DNA of 64,000 bases from Bugula neritina. Taxonomy: Eukaryota > Animalia > Bryozoa. Each line of letters opens with the position of its first letter. The first letter of the stretch is position 1. The translations under genes were made by a program, and so were the position numbers. The stretch is from positions 3,439,751 to 3,503,750 of the forward strand of contig OZ037773.1 in NCBI GenBank assembly GCA_964035545.1, in the 5' to 3' direction. Positions 61,701 through 64,000 of this stretch are shown here, piece after piece. A model generated the notes under the pieces. That model saw nothing but the letters and a program-made list of their open reading frames with translations. It was not told where the DNA came from and searched no databases.

Positions 61701-64000
61701 GTTTTTACTTCCAGATCTTCATCTCTGCTGCAAGTATCAATAGTTGGAGCTTTAGCTTCAATGGGCTTTACTGACTCTTCAGGTGTGATTTCAAAAGATT
61801 GTTTAAGCAAACTAGCTTTCAATGACTGACATTTTTTTGTAGTCATGCGATGATAATTACTTAAATGAGCAAACCAAACTGCTTCTTCCGTAAATTCTTT
61901 TTCACAGAACTCACAAAATATGCAAAATTTAGTATTTGAATCACTAGTTTTGAAGGCCACTTGTGTTTCTTCATCATTTTTCTGTGGCTCAGAGGTTGAA
62001 GCAACATCTGAAATGGGCTGTTGTAAGGAATTTTTCGCACTACAGTGGCGCTTGTGATTATTTAAACAGTTATCATTTCGGAAGGAAAGGCCACATAGAT
62101 TGCAGTAAAACTTATCTAAAGAATTCGATACTTTCGAAGCACGGTAGTGCGTGTTCATGTGACCAGATACAGCGTGCCAATTTTTGAAAACCCGTTGACA
62201 AATTTTGCACTTTGGAATGACTTTCATTTTGCTTTTGGAGATAATTTTGTTCCTATAACTTTTCAAAATATTTCCTTTTGGTGATTCTTTGAGTGCACCT
62301 GCATGTGAATGGTAATATTGCTTATGAAAGTTCAATTGTTTTGAGTCTTGGAATAGCAATGAACACTGAGGACATTTTTGCAAGCTTTTAGACTTTGTTT
62401 GCCAAAGTTTTGCCTTACTACATATTTTTACATGCCGATACAATTCTTGAAAACCAGCATAGGATATGTTACAGTAGACACATTTGGGTTTGATGTGCCA
62501 CTTGGGATGATCTGGTTGCTCTTTCAACGGAATCTTCAACTTAGAAATATTGTGCACAAGCTCCATGTGGTACCATGCACCACTTCTAGATAACACCTTC
62601 CCACAAAGATGACAAGGAAAAACCTTAGTGACAACTTTCGTTTCCTCTACTTGGTCACTCTCCGGTGTAGATTTAGAAATGGAACATTTTGCAGCTTGCT
62701 TCTCAAGTTGACATCGCTTTACATGAAGTTTGAGAGCGTGCTGATTGGCACACCTAATATTACAAACTGAACACTGCAGATTTGAGTCTGTCTGAGCAAA
62801 CCCACTTTTGTTGTGAGTCCGAATGTGACGATAAAGTTTGTTCCAACCAACAAATGCCATGTTGCACTTTGTACAATAAGGGGTAATGCTAGAACTGGCT
62901 CTAGGTTTTACAATTGAAATTTTAGAATTGGTGCTGGCATCCGAAACTTTGTGAGTCCGTTTAAGGTGTCTTTGTGCAAGAGTCTTTTTTCCAAACACTC
63001 TGGTGCATAGAGAACAACGATACATTGAAGCATTTGTTCTTTTATGAATAATGTTTTTTTTACGACTTTCTACGTGGGCTGTGATGCGATTGAGATGGGA
63101 TTTACGCATATGACGCACTAAACTTGCTTTCGACATAAATGATTTCGGACACTCACCACAATTGTGTGTATTAGATGCATCATTCTTGCTTTCATCCTTA
63201 ATATCAGAACTCGGAATTTCATATGAATTATGTTCCTGTCTCATGTGGGCATAAACCCGCTTCCATGTCGAAAAATACTTTTTACAACGGTAACAAGTTG
63301 GAGAGGGTTTTTTTATTTGACTATGTGGTTTCAAAGAGTATATATTTGCAACATTCTCAAATTTGTGAATAAATGAAAAATGCTTTTTGATGTCTTTCCA
63401 ACTTTTGAATACGCGGGGGCATTTCACACAACAGTACATATTTTGAGACTTATCTCCAAGATCAGCATTTACACTTAGCTTGCAGGACTCTTTTTTCTTT
63501 CTGGCATGTCCTTTCTTCGTTTCTTTTGAAGAAGATCTAATGTCAAGTTTGCTTTCTGTCTTGACATCTCCACAGCAACGATGCACATGTTTTCTCAATG
63601 ATCTCACATGGCTAAGTTTAATGCTACAGTTGGGGCAGCCAGCAGACATCTCCAGAATTTTATGTTCAGAAAATTGTTCTTTGTGTACATTTTCGCCATG
63701 CTTCAACAGTTCACTTACACTGATAAACTTCTTTGGACACTTGAAGCAAGCAAACAAACCAAATTTTGCGGGCAATGAGAGTTTTCCATCAACTTTAAAT
63801 AAATTTGAAAGAGAACTTGTTGTTGCAGAAATATCAACATCTGCAAAACCAGTATTTTTTTCCAGTGGCTCTTCAGTGCATGTAATATAGTTGGAGGGGT
63901 TTTGCAACCTTTCTATGTCATGAGGTGACAGTCGGTCAAGTCTTACAATAGCCGAGGCATGCAATTGGTTTGATTGCTTTTCAGCTTTTGACATCAACAC
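58730..64000 (-). CDS. Large multi-C2H2 zinc-finger protein in a single exon of more than 5.2 kb; 5' end at or beyond the window edge
   Basis: 1756-codon ORF with many CxxC-x12-HxxxH/C units in two clusters separated by an acidic/Ser-rich linker. Confidence 0.92.
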   Translation of the reverse strand: MLMSKAEKQSNQLHASAIVRLDRLSPHDIERLQNPSNYITCTEEPLEKNTGFADVDISATTSSLSNLFKVDGKLSLPAKFGLFACFKCPKKFISVSELLKHGENVHKEQFSEHKILEMSAGCPNCSIKLSHVRSLRKHVHRCCGDVKTESKLDIRSSSKETKKGHARKKKESCKLSVNADLGDKSQNMYCCVKCPRVFKSWKDIKKHFSFIHKFENVANIYSLKPHSQIKKPSPTCYRCKKYFSTWKRVYAHMRQEHNSYEIPSSDIKDESKNDASNTHNCGECPKSFMSKASLVRHMRKSHLNRITAHVESRKKNIIHKRTNASMYRCSLCTRVFGKKTLAQRHLKRTHKVSDASTNSKISIVKPRASSSITPYCTKCNMAFVGWNKLYRHIRTHNKSGFAQTDSNLQCSVCNIRCANQHALKLHVKRCQLEKQAAKCSISKSTPESDQVEETKVVTKVFPCHLCGKVLSRSGAWYHMELVHNISKLKIPLKEQPDHPKWHIKPKCVYCNISYAGFQELYRHVKICSKAKLWQTKSKSLQKCPQCSLLFQDSKQLNFHKQYYHSHAGALKESPKGNILKSYRNKIISKSKMKVIPKCKICQRVFKNWHAVSGHMNTHYRASKVSNSLDKFYCNLCGLSFRNDNCLNNHKRHCSAKNSLQQPISDVASTSEPQKNDEETQVAFKTSDSNTKFCIFCEFCEKEFTEEAVWFAHLSNYHRMTTKKCQSLKASLLKQSFEITPEESVKPIEAKAPTIDTCSRDEDLEVKTPIPTFNTESTTERFKAKTSMSKANKSKKSTLKPSFYCCHKCDFRSRYPPNLRRHYRNLHGFSSIEIDMLLKRYLQKYALGQSEAADDFQQSPPSTLNPEKCNSFSNASQEQDWANLPTDVETSSSSNSSTDSDEDIYHMKSYVGKNNCASSSSSSSSDDSEDESIIDVESVEAKPQTQEFVEHSLLSPKNIVSLDQDIFHSHDSKSNEAHGNSSSNKTSTATISSPVSPTLSDANNSMPMIVIEDDCSPVIQLPTGSNITEPSRSLDLDEGEVLLVNSNGHRVSENANLKPNIANKNPPVAVLRPFSAAPKNVLPLPCSFNVSTNNPSLPTTSYSISLLNETVSSRIRTEQFKISYPIFIVDNMDFIIPVDVGTTTFYRRILLSKTPQLLFWQFANWYKDFSSCSWLVVALLSEPVVSHEQVAKLLKWLVENKIATLPYSARKVPRIQSRDWDTKPNIEIVNGYDTLSDSGICCFCGEIFSSAVCATQKIRSTNLFLAESCKHSRFVRLSSPSSLNCLVYSFNLASSPSVSPLFPVANSRYMQTLKEDSFPLSEINDGIHHSQFSTYMAKFHLANSAEPTKKLAYGHFQKIEVSNTDGSLSPVERVLQPANKPAICFELSDQASAIAVQNKQPRDHIADEFTESEFYSRSPSSKPYRCQFCNLNFLLWAEMIHHLRKMHKKCTLCKKYFKNRIQRGEHITNDHKQIICLACDHTCSTTEDVKTHIMQQHVNAHSGLFNCMQCDDKQILPEAIVAHLEKHDDEKSLECSFCSKILPEDKEKQQIHFFKHSLSLYESYYCLLDGTPFLAPWALRRYFQTQYPNSNCHNCFKSTLACECSKGICHINHEVMKKVPSAKRNHNCTLCWLVLKPTENLRKHCDTKHPECPFQCEICGQRFNFEHHKKFHAAKHKRDPIYKYTLCLACLRLTFTKSSEVEYTVANGCEKCAIISSQVSASAASTSEALVVKEPSLHVEASSLSESSLDLISSSQK

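Overview
AT-rich, intron-rich eukaryotic (invertebrate animal-like) genomic DNA; the species cannot be determined from the sequence. Host genes in order: two tandem RhoGAP paralogues (+), with an intronless rhodopsin-class GPCR (-) between them; a RING/B-box/coiled-coil/beta-propeller TRIM gene (+) convergent with a ZDHHC12-like palmitoyltransferase (-); a decayed spliced coding fragment; a small three-exon coiled-coil gene (-); a multi-exon membrane-anchored VWD/EGF (VWDE-like) gene (-); and a very large single-exon C2H2 zinc-finger ORF (-) that runs off the window. Three young Ty3/Gypsy LTR elements have intact TSDs and identical or near-identical LTRs, and each sits a few hundred bp upstream of a host start codon. 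There are also a non-autonomous hAT element, several MITEs, tRNA-derived repeats and microsatellites. The most unusual object is the LTR element at 27461-32711. It has lost RT, RNase H and the integrase core, keeps gag and protease, and carries in the env position an apparently spliced accessory gene encoding a zinc-finger/Arg-rich/coiled-coil protein. All exon models and alignments were made by eye.
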